This document shows, piece after piece, positions 43,645 to 53,869 of a stretch of DNA of 64,000 nucleotides. Under the pieces are notes generated by a model. It did no database searches and was not told the DNA's origin. It saw only the letters and a program-made list of their open reading frames with translations. The DNA comes from Alphaproteobacteria bacterium (GTDB lineage Bacteria > Pseudomonadota > Alphaproteobacteria > UBA828), in assembly GCA_963422645.2 (NCBI GenBank), contig CAXXVO010000004.1, forward strand, positions 416,001 to 480,000, read 5' to 3'. Position numbers and translations under genes: made by a program. The stretch's first letter is position 1; every line of letters begins with the position of its first letter.

Positions 43645-45063
43645 ATGGACGCCACCAGCCGCACCTTCGTCGCCAACGCCCGCGCCGGACTGCAGGACGC
43701 CGATCTGCAAACCTCGCTCGCGCGCTTCCAGGGCGGCTTTCAGGTCAAGCGTCTGGAGGCAGCCGAGCGCCTGCCGGAGTTCGAGGCGCTGCGCGACGAG
43801 GCGCGCGCGATCAAGGACCACACCCTCGCCCATCTCGACCATTACCTGGAGCGCTACGAAGAGCAGGTGAGGGCGAGTGGTGGGACCGTGCATTGGTGCC
43901 AGACGCCCGAGGATGCGCGCCAGGTCATCCTCTCCCTCTGCCGGGAGGCCGGCGCGAAGACGGTGACCAAGAGCAAGTCCATGATCGCCGAGGAGATGGA
44001 GCTCAACCCCTTCCTCGAAGAGCATGGCATCGAGCCGGTGGAAACCGACCTCGGCGAGTACGTCGTGCAGCTTGCCGAAGAACGGCCGAGCCACATCATC
44101 GCGCCGGCGGTGCACAAGACCCGGGATCAGGTCGCCGATCTCTTTCACGAGAAGCACACACCCCTCGGCCGCACCCGCCGGCTCGACCGCGTGGAGGAGC
44201 TGGTGGAGGAGGCGCGCGAGGTGCTGCGCCCGCGCTATTTCGCCGCCGACGTCGGCATCACGGGCGCGAACTTCCTGATCGCGGAGACAGGCTCGTCCAC
44301 CATCGTCACCAACGAAGGCAACGGGGACCTCACCCAGATCCTGCCGCGCGTCCACATCGTGATTGCGACGCTCGAGAAGGTGGTGCCGACGCTGGAGGAC
44401 GCGACCACGATCATGCGCGTGCTCGCGCGCTCGGCGACGGGGCAGGAGTTTTCCACCTACACGACGGTCTCGACCGGCCCCCGCAGGCCCGACGATTCCG
44501 ACGGGCCCGAGGCCTATCACGTGGTGCTGCTCGACAACGGGCGCTCGCGGATTCTGGGCTCCGAGTTCCGGGAGGTGCTCCGCTGCATCAAGTGCGGGGC
44601 CTGCATGAACCACTGCCCGGTGTACGGCACGGTGGGCGGCCACGCCTACGGCTGGGTCTATCCCGGGCCGGTCGGTGCCGTGCTGACGCCCAACCTGATC
44701 GGCCTCGAAGAGGCGCGCCACTTGCCCAACGCTTCGAGCTTCTGCGGCCGTTGCGAGGAGGTCTGCCCCATGCGCATCCCGCTGCCGGGGCTGATGCGCA
44801 AGCTCCGGGAGCAGGAGTTCGAGCGGCGGCTCAACCCGGCGGCCGTCCGCAGCGGGATCGGCGCCTGGGCCTGGCTCGTCCGGCGGCCGGCGCTCTATCG
44901 TTGCCTGACCGGCCTCGGCATCCGCGTGCTTGGCATGCTCGGTCGGCGGCGCGGGCACTTCACGCGGCTGCCGCTCGCCGGCGGCTGGACCGCCGCGCGC
45001 GACCTGCCGGCGCCCGAGGGGGCGACCTTTCACGCGCTCTGGCGCAAGGGGCGGCGGGCATGA
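43645..45063 (+). CDS. lutB: L-lactate utilization Fe-S protein LutB/LldF
   Basis: KSKSM, ETDLGEY, PSHIIAPAVH, CIKCGACMNHCP, CGRCEEVCP. Confidence 0.92.
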   Translation: MDATSRTFVANARAGLQDADLQTSLARFQGGFQVKRLEAAERLPEFEALRDEARAIKDHTLAHLDHYLERYEEQVRASGGTVHWCQTPEDARQVILSLCREAGAKTVTKSKSMIAEEMELNPFLEEHGIEPVETDLGEYVVQLAEERPSHIIAPAVHKTRDQVADLFHEKHTPLGRTRRLDRVEELVEEAREVLRPRYFAADVGITGANFLIAETGSSTIVTNEGNGDLTQILPRVHIVIATLEKVVPTLEDATTIMRVLARSATGQEFSTYTTVSTGPRRPDDSDGPEAYHVVLLDNGRSRILGSEFREVLRCIKCGACMNHCPVYGTVGGHAYGWVYPGPVGAVLTPNLIGLEEARHLPNASSFCGRCEEVCPMRIPLPGLMRKLREQEFERRLNPAAVRSGIGAWAWLVRRPALYRCLTGLGIRVLGMLGRRRGHFTRLPLAGGWTAARDLPAPEGATFHALWRKGRRA

Positions 45064-45764
45064 GCGCGGCAAGCGGACGCGACGCCATCCTTGGCTCGAT
45101 CCGCCGCTCGCTCGGCCGCGGAGCGCTGGACGAGACGGCACGCGCCGCGCTCGACGAGCGCATGGCGAAGCCCGCGCCGAACCTCGTGCCGGCGCGAACC
45201 GATATTTCCCAGGACGAGAGGGTCGCGCTTTTCACCTCGATGGCCGAGGCTGTGTTCGCGACCGTGGACCGCGTCTCCGGTCCCGACGCGGTGCCGGGCG
45301 CGGTTGCCGACTACCTGGCGCAGCACAACCTGCCGCCGGCGCTGGTGATGGCGCCGGATCCCGCGCTCGACGCCTATCCCTGGGGCGAGCGGCCGATGCT
45401 CGCCATCCGCCGAGGCCGGGCGGAGGAGGCCGACCGCGTCGGCGTGACCGGCGCCGTGATGGGCTTCGCCGAGACCGGCACCCTGATGATGACCTCCGGC
45501 CCGGACCATCCCTCCACGCTCAACTTCGTGCCCGAGAACCATGTCGTCGTGCTGCCGGCGGAGAAGATCGGCGGCGCCTACGAGGAGGGCTGGGCGCATC
45601 TGCGGTCTGAAGGCGGGTCGAATGCAGACGCCAACTTCATGCCGCGCACGGTCAACCTCGTCACCGGCCCGTCGCGCACCGCCGACATCGAGCAGACCAT
45701 CGCGCTCGGCGCCCACGGGCCGCGCCGCCTGCACATCGTGATCGTGGAAGGCGACGGGTCATGA
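45060..45764 (+). CDS. lutC: L-lactate utilization protein LutC/LldG
   Basis: AETGTL, TGPSRTADIEQ..GAHGP; ATG at 45060 overlaps lutB stop. Confidence 0.9.
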   Translation: MSAASGRDAILGSIRRSLGRGALDETARAALDERMAKPAPNLVPARTDISQDERVALFTSMAEAVFATVDRVSGPDAVPGAVADYLAQHNLPPALVMAPDPALDAYPWGERPMLAIRRGRAEEADRVGVTGAVMGFAETGTLMMTSGPDHPSTLNFVPENHVVVLPAEKIGGAYEEGWAHLRSEGGSNADANFMPRTVNLVTGPSRTADIEQTIALGAHGPRRLHIVIVEGDGS

Positions 45765-46357
45765 GCGAGAACGGCCGTCGTATACGGGACGAGGAGGCGG
45801 CGCTCTGGCAGCGCATCTCCCGCGACGTGACGCCGCTCCCGCGCGGCATCGTGGCGCTGGAAGAGGCGGAGACACTGGAGGAGGAGGCCCCACCGCCGCC
45901 AGCGCCAAAGAAGATCAAGAAGCCTCGCCGGGCGGCGCCCGCGGCGACCCCGCCGCCGCCGCGCCCGCCGGCGCTCCCCGAGCTCGACCCGGTGGCGCCT
46001 GTGGGCGTCGACCGGCGCACGGTGCGGCGGCTGAAGCGGGGGCAACTCACGGCCGAGGCGCGGCTCGATCTCCACGGCAGGACGCAGGACCAGGCGCACG
46101 ACGCGCTCCAGAGCTTCATCCAGGAAAGCCGCATGGCGCGCCGCCGCTGCGTGCTGGTCATCACCGGCAAGGGCTCGGTCGCGAGCGGCAAGGGCGGCGT
46201 GCTGCGCCAGATGGTGCCGCGCTGGCTCAACGAGCCGGCGCTGCGCCGGCACATCATCGCCATCACCAACGCGCCCCAGAGCAGCGGCGGCGCCGGCGCG
46301 CTCTACGTGCTGCTCAAGAGCCGGGAGCCGCTCGACCCCGATCGTGGCGCCGGCTAA
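45761..46357 (+). CDS. Smr/MutS2 domain protein
   Basis: LDLHG, VLVITGKG, GVLR..VPRWL, GGAGALYV. Confidence 0.9.
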   Translation: MSENGRRIRDEEAALWQRISRDVTPLPRGIVALEEAETLEEEAPPPPAPKKIKKPRRAAPAATPPPPRPPALPELDPVAPVGVDRRTVRRLKRGQLTAEARLDLHGRTQDQAHDALQSFIQESRMARRRCVLVITGKGSVASGKGGVLRQMVPRWLNEPALRRHIIAITNAPQSSGGAGALYVLLKSREPLDPDRGAG

Positions 46358-46748
46358 CCCGGACAAGCCAGAGGCCAGCGAGGTCGCCGACGGGCTGATC
46401 GCCTTCCTGGACCGGCTGACGCGGCGCCTTGCGCTGGAGGTCCACACCCTCTGGCTGGTGTTCCGCCACCGGGAGACCCCCTGGCCGGTCAAGGCGGTGC
46501 TGATCCTCCTGCTGGCCTATCTCGCGAGCCCCATCGACCTGATCCCCGACGTCATTCCCGTGCTCGGGATGCTCGACGACCTCGTGGTGGCCACGTTCGC
46601 TCTCTGGCTCGCCTATCGGCTGACGCCGCGCCACGTGATGGAGGAGTGCCGTGCCAAGGCCAGTGAGGCGGCTGCGGGGAAGGAGGGCTGGATCTCGAAG
46701 CTCTGGCGCAAGCTCACCGGGCAGGAACGTCCCGACCACATGGGCTGA
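46344..46748 (+). CDS. YkvA/DUF1232 family membrane protein
   Basis: AYLASPIDLIPDVIPVLGMLDD. Confidence 0.88.
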   Translation: MAPANPDKPEASEVADGLIAFLDRLTRRLALEVHTLWLVFRHRETPWPVKAVLILLLAYLASPIDLIPDVIPVLGMLDDLVVATFALWLAYRLTPRHVMEECRAKASEAAAGKEGWISKLWRKLTGQERPDHMG

Positions 46749-46900
46749 GGGCCGACCCCACGCGCCGCGAAATTCACAAAAGAGTCATATTGGTAGCCAC
46801 GCTTGTCATGGCCGATGTCATCGGGCAATTTGCCGGCGCTTCCGTCGGCCGTCCTGCCTCTAGCGGCTGAGGGAGAGGCGGGACGCGCGTTAGGGAGGAA

Positions 46901-47332
46901 ATGATGCGACCGAATATCCCCGAAGAAACCGGCATTCAGCTCGATCAGGGCCGGGCCTCGACCGATGACTTCATTACCCGCACCTACGTGTTGCCGCTGC
47001 TCTCCGATCCGGAGACGCGGGCGCGGCTGATCGAGGAGCACCGCAACAATCCGGTCGGCAAGCCCGGCAAGGCCGGAAAGGCCGGCGTCGGCCACAGCCC
47101 CGATCTGATTACCGTGATCGACAAGCTGCGCCGCGCGCCGATGACGGGCAAGTACGTGCGGATCTGCACCAAGCCCCACGAGGAATACCGCATCGGTATC
47201 ACCTCCGGCGTGCGCGGGGAGCCGGTCAAGATCCTGGAGGACGAGGCGTATCCGAGCGAGGACGCGTGCGAGCACGCGATCTTCGTGAAGCGCGTCAACG
47301 ACCTGCTCGCGCTCTACGGCTATGGCTCGTAG
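46901..47332 (+). CDS. N,N-dimethylformamidase small-subunit-like protein
   Basis: LIEEH..NPVG..HSPDL..RRAP..GKY..EHAIFVKR; directly upstream of the large subunit. Confidence 0.75.
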   Translation: MMRPNIPEETGIQLDQGRASTDDFITRTYVLPLLSDPETRARLIEEHRNNPVGKPGKAGKAGVGHSPDLITVIDKLRRAPMTGKYVRICTKPHEEYRIGITSGVRGEPVKILEDEAYPSEDACEHAIFVKRVNDLLALYGYGS

Positions 47333-47376
47333 ACGCCACCTCTGAATTCGACGAACACACGGTTGGGAGACACGAC

Positions 47377-49725
47377 ATGCTGCGGATCACCGGATACAGC
47401 GACTGCTACTCGATCCGTCCGGGCGATGACATCACCTTCTATGTGAACTCCGAGAACGACGAAGACTACGAGGCCAAGCTCGTCCGCCTCATCCACGGCG
47501 ACACCAATCCCGACGGGCCGGGCTACAAGGAAGAAGAGATCGACGCGCCCTTCGACGGCAACCACACGGGGCGCAACCAAGAGATCCACGGCGGCTCTTA
47601 CGTAATCGTGCCGCACGACGAGCGCATGTCCGTGTCGAGCTTCACCATTCAGGCCTTCATCTTCCCGACGACGCCGACAAAGGGCCGCCAGGGCATCCTC
47701 ACCAAGTGGGTGAACGACACCGGCTACGGGCTCTTCGTCGACGACGACGGCAGCCTCGCGTTCTGCATCGGCGACGGCAACCACGTGCACAAGCTTTCCA
47801 GCGGCAAGCCGCTGCTGCGCAAGGTCTGGTACCTCGCAGCCGCCTCGTATGACGCGGAGAGCGGCGAGATGCACCTCTATCAGGAGCCGGTGGTGACGTC
47901 CGCCAACGGCGGCCTCGGCATGGCGCTGCTGCATCCGGCGGAGGAGACCACGGCCGAGGTCTCGGACAGCTGCAGCACCGGACCCGGCGCCAACGACGCG
48001 CCCTTCCTCATGGCGGCATCGACGAAGGTCTCGGATTCGGGCCGCTCGATCTGCGGCGCGCACTACAGGGAGGCGCTGACCCCGGTGGGGCTGCCGGAGC
48101 AGTGCGACACCTACAACGGCAAGATCGACCGCCCCAGGCTCACCGCCGCCGCACTCGGCAAGCATGAGATCGATGCGCTGGCGCGGGGTTTCAAGGGCTG
48201 CCCGGCGGACCTGCGGCGCAGCGTGGTCGGCGCCTGGGACTTCCAGGCCAACATCACCAAGAGCATCGCATCCACCTACATCATCGATACCTCGCCCAAC
48301 GTGCTGAACGGCTTTGCGATCAACCTGCCGGCGCGCGGCATGACCGGCTACAACTGGACAGGCGACGAGATCGTCTACCACCACGCGCCGGAGGAATACG
48401 GAGCGATCCACTTCCACGACGACGATATCGACGACGCCAGGTGGGACGCGGACTTCGGCTTCACCGCGCCCGAGGGGCTGAAGAGCGGCTTCTACGCCGC
48501 GCGGCTCCGCATCGGCGGTGAGGAGTCGTCGGCCACCGAGGACTACATCCCCTTCGTCGTGCGCCCGCCCAAGGACCAGCCCACGGCAAAGGTCGCGGTG
48601 ATCATCCCGACCAACAGCTACCTCGCCTATTCCAACGACAACCTGGCCACCAACTCGGTGGTGGCGCAGCTGCTGGCCGGCAAGGTGCCGCTGATGCAGG
48701 CCTCCGACCTCTACCTCAACGAGCATCGCGAGTACGGCCTCTCGACCTACTCGCTGCACTCGGACGGCAGCGGCGTCTGCTACTCGTCGAGGCTGCGGCC
48801 GATCCTCAACATGCGGCCGAAGTACCGGCACTGGCTCTCGCCCTCGCTCTGGCAGCTCAACGGCGACCTGCACCTCACCGACTGGCTGGAGGCCGTGGGC
48901 TTCGACTACGACCTGCACACCGACGAGGACCTGGATCGCGAGGGCGTCGCTCTGCTCAACCAGTACCGCGTGGTGCTGACGGGCTCGCATCCCGAGTACT
49001 CGTCCGAGGCCATGATCGACGCCTACGAGGCCTACCAGCACCAGGGCGGCCGTTGGCTCTACCTCGGCGCCGACGGCTTTTACTGGTGCAGCCAGTACCA
49101 CCCGGACAACGGGAACATCATCGAGGTGCGCAAGGGCGAGGCGGGCACCCGCGCCTGGACCGCCAACCCCGGCGAGTACAACAACGCCTTCGACGGCAAG
49201 TTCGGCGGCATGTGGCGGGCGCGGGGGCGGATCCCGAGCAAGGTCTGCGGCCTCACCTTCACGGCCTACGGTTTCGACGTGTCGTCCTACTACCGGCGCG
49301 AGGCCGACAGCTTCCGCTCGGAGTGCGAGTGGATCTTCAAGGGCATCGGCGATGACGAGATTATCGGCGACTTCGGGCTGGTGGGCGGCGGCGCCGCGGG
49401 GCTGGAGCTCGACCGCTACGACCTCGAGTTCGGCACGCCGCACCACGGCTATCTGCTCGCCCGCTCGGAAGGCCACACCGACCTGATGCTCCAGGTCAAC
49501 GAGGAGATCCACTTCGCCTGCCGGGGATATTACGGTGGCGGGCACGAGAACCCGCAGATCCGGGCCGATATGATCTACTACAAGACGCCCAACGACGGCG
49601 CGGTGTTCGGGCCCGGCTCTCTGGTCTGGTGCGGCAGCCTTTCGCACAACGACTACGACAACAACGTCTCCAAGATCATGGAGAACGTGATCAACGGCTT
49701 CCTCCAGGACGGGCCGCTGCCCTGA
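47377..49725 (+). CDS. N,N-dimethylformamidase large (beta) subunit family protein
   Basis: LIHGDTNPDGPG, IHFHDDD..DA.W, YLAYSN, HSDGSGV.YSSRLRP, HPEY, GGGAAGLELDR, WCGSL. Confidence 0.88.
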   Translation: MLRITGYSDCYSIRPGDDITFYVNSENDEDYEAKLVRLIHGDTNPDGPGYKEEEIDAPFDGNHTGRNQEIHGGSYVIVPHDERMSVSSFTIQAFIFPTTPTKGRQGILTKWVNDTGYGLFVDDDGSLAFCIGDGNHVHKLSSGKPLLRKVWYLAAASYDAESGEMHLYQEPVVTSANGGLGMALLHPAEETTAEVSDSCSTGPGANDAPFLMAASTKVSDSGRSICGAHYREALTPVGLPEQCDTYNGKIDRPRLTAAALGKHEIDALARGFKGCPADLRRSVVGAWDFQANITKSIASTYIIDTSPNVLNGFAINLPARGMTGYNWTGDEIVYHHAPEEYGAIHFHDDDIDDARWDADFGFTAPEGLKSGFYAARLRIGGEESSATEDYIPFVVRPPKDQPTAKVAVIIPTNSYLAYSNDNLATNSVVAQLLAGKVPLMQASDLYLNEHREYGLSTYSLHSDGSGVCYSSRLRPILNMRPKYRHWLSPSLWQLNGDLHLTDWLEAVGFDYDLHTDEDLDREGVALLNQYRVVLTGSHPEYSSEAMIDAYEAYQHQGGRWLYLGADGFYWCSQYHPDNGNIIEVRKGEAGTRAWTANPGEYNNAFDGKFGGMWRARGRIPSKVCGLTFTAYGFDVSSYYRREADSFRSECEWIFKGIGDDEIIGDFGLVGGGAAGLELDRYDLEFGTPHHGYLLARSEGHTDLMLQVNEEIHFACRGYYGGGHENPQIRADMIYYKTPNDGAVFGPGSLVWCGSLSHNDYDNNVSKIMENVINGFLQDGPLP

Positions 49726-49793
49726 CCCGGAGGAGTCGACACAAGCGGCGGCAGGGGTAAGGCCGCCGCAGCCTGGACGGAGAGAGACTGCGG

Positions 49794-50180
49794 ATGAGCA
49801 TTTCGGACAAGACCCGCAGCTCTCTCATGCCCATGATCATGCCCCCGCCGGGCAAGAAGATGCTGCCCACCCGCGCGCAGGCGACCGCGCTGGAGGAGGC
49901 GTTGCTCGGCGGCCTCGATCCCGACAAGCTCAACGATCTCTCCGAGGTGCTCTTCGCGCTGAACGCCCACAAGCTGGGGCCGATCCCCGGCTTCTACGTG
50001 GTGGTCTGCACCAAGCCGGACGAGGAGTGGTGCGTGGGCCAGCTCGCCGCCGACCGCGCCAAGCCGCTGATCATGTTCGAGGACATGCGTTTCGATAAGC
50101 CGGAGGCGGCGCTGGCTGCGGCCGAGAAGCTCAAGGCCGAGGACGACGCCGCCGGCCGCAGCCCCATCGTCACCGGCTGA
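49794..50180 (+). CDS. Second DMFase small-subunit-like protein
   Basis: Shares Y...CTKP.EE...G.....R..P....ED with the 46901 protein. Confidence 0.6.
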   Translation: MSISDKTRSSLMPMIMPPPGKKMLPTRAQATALEEALLGGLDPDKLNDLSEVLFALNAHKLGPIPGFYVVVCTKPDEEWCVGQLAADRAKPLIMFEDMRFDKPEAALAAAEKLKAEDDAAGRSPIVTG

Positions 50181-50209
50181 TGCGGAACGGGTACCAGACG
50201 ACGCGGGCG

Positions 50210-50422
50210 TCACAGATCGTCAGGTGTCAATCCCGTCCGCTTCGCAATACGGGCCAGCATGCGAGGCCCGATCTCTTCTTTGTCATGGAACGCAAAGATG
50301 AAGTCCGGGTATCCCTCTCGCGACAGGGTTCGGTGAGACCCCGACGAACGCTTGATCTTCCATCCGATGCGCTCTAAAGCAGCGAGCACGCGGCGCGCTC
50401 GCGCGCTACCCCATCGGCTCAT
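50210..50422 (-). CDS. hicA: HicA family toxin
   Basis: LERIGW..KR.SGSHR, HD.EEIG...LARIAK.TGL; 70 aa. Confidence 0.85.
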   Translation of the reverse strand: MSRWGSARARRVLAALERIGWKIKRSSGSHRTLSREGYPDFIFAFHDKEEIGPRMLARIAKRTGLTPDDL

Positions 50423-50625
50423 GCGGCGGCGAAGGTGATCCTGATCGGCTCGGCAGGCTGCTCTCCCGCTTCGATCCTTTCCGCCAGGACCCGAAGTGCC
50501 AGGGCCTCGACCCGGGCGATCGCCTCGCCCCGGCTCTCCCCATACGTCATCGCACCCGGGATCTCGGCGATCTCGGCGATCCAGCGCCCGTCCTCTTCCC
50601 GCTCGACTTCTATCGTAAACCGCAT
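50419..50625 (-). CDS. hicB: Short HicB family antitoxin
   Basis: IEVEREEDGRWIAEI.EIPG...YGESR.EAI; 68 aa; ATGA overlap with hicA. Confidence 0.85.
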   Translation of the reverse strand: MRFTIEVEREEDGRWIAEIAEIPGAMTYGESRGEAIARVEALALRVLAERIEAGEQPAEPIRITFAAA

Positions 50626-50781
50626 CCGCCTGTCGCCCGCTCGTGGAGCACCTACTGCCGAATTCGCGCGGCACTCTCGAATGCGAGTGTCACCGAGCGC
50701 GGGCATGTTGTCCAGCCGCGGGCCGGAGCCCCATCGTCGCGGGCTGATGCGGAAGCGCCCGACTCAACCGCCCCTTAGCCG

Positions 50782-51561
50782 ATGACCGCGACAGAGCGCC
50801 TCGCCAGCCTGCCGATGTACTGTGAGGCCGAGCTGCGCCCTGCGACGGAGCGCTGGTGGGCGGGCCTCGCCCGGCACCTGCGGGATCACGGGGTGCGGGA
50901 CGTTCCCGATGCGCTGACGTGGCCGGACGACTATCACGGTCATTGGCGCGCGCCCGGGCTGCTCTTCAGCCAGACCTGCGGCTATCCCCTGGTACACCTC
51001 ATCGGGCCGGCGGTGAAGCTCATCGCGACTCCCAGCTACGATGCGCCGGGATGCGAAGTCGCCGGGTATGCGGCGCACGTCGTCGTCCGCGAGAGTGCCG
51101 AGGCTGGGGGCGTCGGCGACCTGCGGGGCTGCCGGCTGGCCGTCAACGGCGTGACCTCCTTTTCGGGCTACCACGTCTGGCGGCGCATCCTGGCGGCCGG
51201 CGACGACGTGCAGTCCTTCTTCGGGGACATCGAGACATCTGGCTCCCACCGCGCCAGCATCCGCTGCGTTGCCGCGGGGGAGGCCGACGCCTGCGCGGTC
51301 GATTGCGTCACCCACGCGCTGCTCTCCGACCAGTCCGCAGACGAGCTGCGCGGCACCCGGATCCTGGCCTCGTCGCCGTCCGCGCCGGGCATGCCCTACG
51401 TCACCAGCGCTGCGACGCCGGACGAAGATATCGAGCGGTTGCGGGCGGGGCTCCTCGCCGCCATCGCCGACCCGTCGTTGACACCCGCACGCAAGGAACT
51501 TCGCCTCACCGGCGCGAGCGTCCTGAGCGACGAGGAGTACCGCAACGCGTTCCAGGATTAG
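50782..51561 (+). CDS. PhnD/SsuA/transferrin-family substrate-binding-like protein
   Basis: ASLPMY, SQTCGYP, SGSHRASI..V..G.AD..AVDCVT. Confidence 0.75.
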   Translation: MTATERLASLPMYCEAELRPATERWWAGLARHLRDHGVRDVPDALTWPDDYHGHWRAPGLLFSQTCGYPLVHLIGPAVKLIATPSYDAPGCEVAGYAAHVVVRESAEAGGVGDLRGCRLAVNGVTSFSGYHVWRRILAAGDDVQSFFGDIETSGSHRASIRCVAAGEADACAVDCVTHALLSDQSADELRGTRILASSPSAPGMPYVTSAATPDEDIERLRAGLLAAIADPSLTPARKELRLTGASVLSDEEYRNAFQD

Positions 51562-52280
51562 CGCGGTGCGGAGGCCGCACGGCCGCTCGCGGGGCGTTCG
51601 CGCATGTGGCCGGAGAGGCGGTGCTCGATGAAGCGCGAGAGTAGGATAAAGAAGTAGCTCATCGCCAGGTACATCAGCCCCGCCGTGATGTAGAGCTTAT
51701 AGGGCTCGAAGCTGCGGGCGACGATGATGCGGGCGACCCCGGTGAGGTCCAGCAGCGTGATGATCGAGACCAGCGAGGTCGCCTGGAGCAGGAACACGAC
51801 CTCGTTGGTGTAGGCCGGCAGCGCAATGCGGAAGGCCTTGGGCAGCACGATGCGGCGGTAGAGCAGGGTGCCCGACATGCCAACCGCCCGCGCCGCCTCG
51901 ATATCGCCACGCGGTACGCCCTGGATCGCGCCACGCAGAATCTCGGCGGTATAGGCGGCGGTGTTGAGGGTGAGCGTGAGCAGGGCGCAGAAGTAGGCCT
52001 CGCGGAACAGCACCCAGAGCCCGATCGAATCGAGGAAGGGCCGGAACTGACCCGAGCCGTAATAGATCAGGAAGAGCTGCACCAGGAGCGGGGTGCCGCG
52101 GAAATAGAGGATGTAAGCGTAGACCGGCATCCACAGCAGCGGGTTGGGCGAAAGCCGCATGATCGCGAGCGGCACCGCGAGCGTGAGGCCGATGATCACG
52201 CTGATGACGGTGATCTCCAGGGTGAGAGCCGCGCCGTCCAGCAGACGGGGCAGGCTCTCCCAGATGATCGCGAGGTCCAT
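51558..52280 (-). CDS. Polar amino acid ABC transporter permease (HisM-like)
   Basis: FRGTPLLVQL, LNTAAYTAEILRG, EAARAVG. Confidence 0.9.
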   Translation of the reverse strand: MDLAIIWESLPRLLDGAALTLEITVISVIIGLTLAVPLAIMRLSPNPLLWMPVYAYILYFRGTPLLVQLFLIYYGSGQFRPFLDSIGLWVLFREAYFCALLTLTLNTAAYTAEILRGAIQGVPRGDIEAARAVGMSGTLLYRRIVLPKAFRIALPAYTNEVVFLLQATSLVSIITLLDLTGVARIIVARSFEPYKLYITAGLMYLAMSYFFILLSRFIEHRLSGHMRERPASGRAASAPR

Positions 52281-52291
52281 CGCCGACCGCC

Positions 52292-52981
52292 TCAGGCTCG
52301 CCGCACGCCGCGGTTGGCCCACACCTCGGCGCGCCGCTGCACCACCATCGAGACGATGGTGATGCCGAGGTAGAAGAGCGAGGCCACGAAGAAGAAGGTG
52401 AAGGGCAGCTTGGTGGCGCGGGCTGCGATGTCGGCGTTGCGCATGAGCTCTTCGAGCTGGATCACCGAGATCAGCGCCGTGGCCTTGATCAGCACCATCC
52501 AGACGTTGCCGAGGCCGGGGAGCGCGAAGCGCCACATCTGCGGCATCACGATGCGGCGGAAGGTGAGCGCGCGGCCCATGCCGTGAGCCCGCGCCGCTTC
52601 GATCTGGCCGCGCGGCACGGCGAGGAAGGCGCCGCGAAGGACCTCGGTCGTGAAGGCGCCGTAGATGAAGCCGATGGTGATGACGCCGGCGATGAAGGGG
52701 TTGATGTCGATGATGATGTCGTGGCCGGCGCCTTCCGCGATGTCCTGAATCAGCGTCGGCACGCCGTAGTAGACCAGCAGGATCAGCAGCAGCTCCGGCA
52801 CGCCGCGGATGACGGTGGTGTAGGTGCCGGCGGCCCAGCGGCCGGCGCGCCCGCGCGAGAGCTTGCCCCAAGCGCCGAGCAGGCCGAGAGCGAGCGCCAG
52901 CACCATGGCCCCGAGCCCGACCAGGATGGTGAGCTCGAGGCCCTGCCACAGCATCCAGCCATAGCCCTTGAGATCGAGCAT
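52292..52981 (-). CDS. Polar amino acid ABC transporter permease (HisQ-like)
   Basis: IRGVPEL, EVLRGAF..VPRGQIEAA, LIKATALISVI. Confidence 0.9.
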   Translation of the reverse strand: MLDLKGYGWMLWQGLELTILVGLGAMVLALALGLLGAWGKLSRGRAGRWAAGTYTTVIRGVPELLLILLVYYGVPTLIQDIAEGAGHDIIIDINPFIAGVITIGFIYGAFTTEVLRGAFLAVPRGQIEAARAHGMGRALTFRRIVMPQMWRFALPGLGNVWMVLIKATALISVIQLEELMRNADIAARATKLPFTFFFVASLFYLGITIVSMVVQRRAEVWANRGVRRA

Positions 52982-53051
52982 CGGCCCGACCCGCTAGCTC
53001 AATGGGGAGCGGGCGGCCGGGAACAGCCGCCCGCCCATGCGTCTTTGGCGT

Positions 53052-53828
53052 TCAGTCGCCGTAGACGTCGAAATCGAAATACTTGTCGTTGATCGCCTTG
53101 TAGGTGCCGTCGGCGCGGATGGCCGCGATGGCGCCGTTGAGTGCGTCGAGAAGCTCGGTCTCGCCCTTGCGGACGGCGATTCCGGCGCCGTCGCCGAACC
53201 AGCGCGGATCGGTGAAATCGGGACCGACGAATTCGGCGCTCTCGCCCTCCGGCGTGTCGAGGAAGCCCCCCTGCAGGGCCATCGAATCCGCCAGCAGCAG
53301 GTCAACGCGGCCTGCGACAAAGTCGAGGTTGGCCTCGTCCTGGGTGGCGTATGCCTTGATGGTGACGATGTCGCCGTAGTTGTCGCGCAGGAAATTCTCG
53401 TGGATGGTCGCGCGCTGCACGCCGACGGCCTTGCCCTCCAGGCCCTCGTCCGTGATCTCGATGCCCGAGCCCTTCATGCGGACGAACTTGGCCGGCGTGG
53501 TGTAGTACTTGCCCGTGAAGTCGACCTTCTTCCTGCGCTCCTCGGTGATCGACATCGAGGCGACGATGGCGTCGTACTTCTTGGCCAGCAGGCCGGGGAT
53601 GATGCCGTCCCAGTCCTGAACCGCCCAGGTGCACTCCAGGTTGGCAGCAGCGCAGAGCGCGTTGCCGATCTCGACGTCGAAGCCCTGGAGATCGCCGTTC
53701 TCGTCGATCCAGTTGAAGGGCGGGTAGGCGCCTTCTGTGCCGAACGTGACCTTCTTCATGTCGGCCGCCGCCGTGCCGGCCGCGAGCGCGAGCGCCGCGA
53801 ACACACCTAAGAATGTGAGTTTCTTCAT
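53052..53828 (-). CDS. Polar amino acid ABC substrate-binding protein (HisJ/ArgT-like)
   Basis: Signal peptide, TEGAYPPFN, GFDVEIG, QDWDGIIPGL, SMSITEER. Confidence 0.92.
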   Translation of the reverse strand: MKKLTFLGVFAALALAAGTAAADMKKVTFGTEGAYPPFNWIDENGDLQGFDVEIGNALCAAANLECTWAVQDWDGIIPGLLAKKYDAIVASMSITEERRKKVDFTGKYYTTPAKFVRMKGSGIEITDEGLEGKAVGVQRATIHENFLRDNYGDIVTIKAYATQDEANLDFVAGRVDLLLADSMALQGGFLDTPEGESAEFVGPDFTDPRWFGDGAGIAVRKGETELLDALNGAIAAIRADGTYKAINDKYFDFDVYGD

Positions 53829-53869
53829 CTTTCCGTTCTCCCTCGTTGGTGGTGGGTGGTTTGCATGGG

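Noticed and set aside
47320-49647. 775-aa minus-strand ORF
   Set aside because: Antisense shadow of the DMFase large subunit
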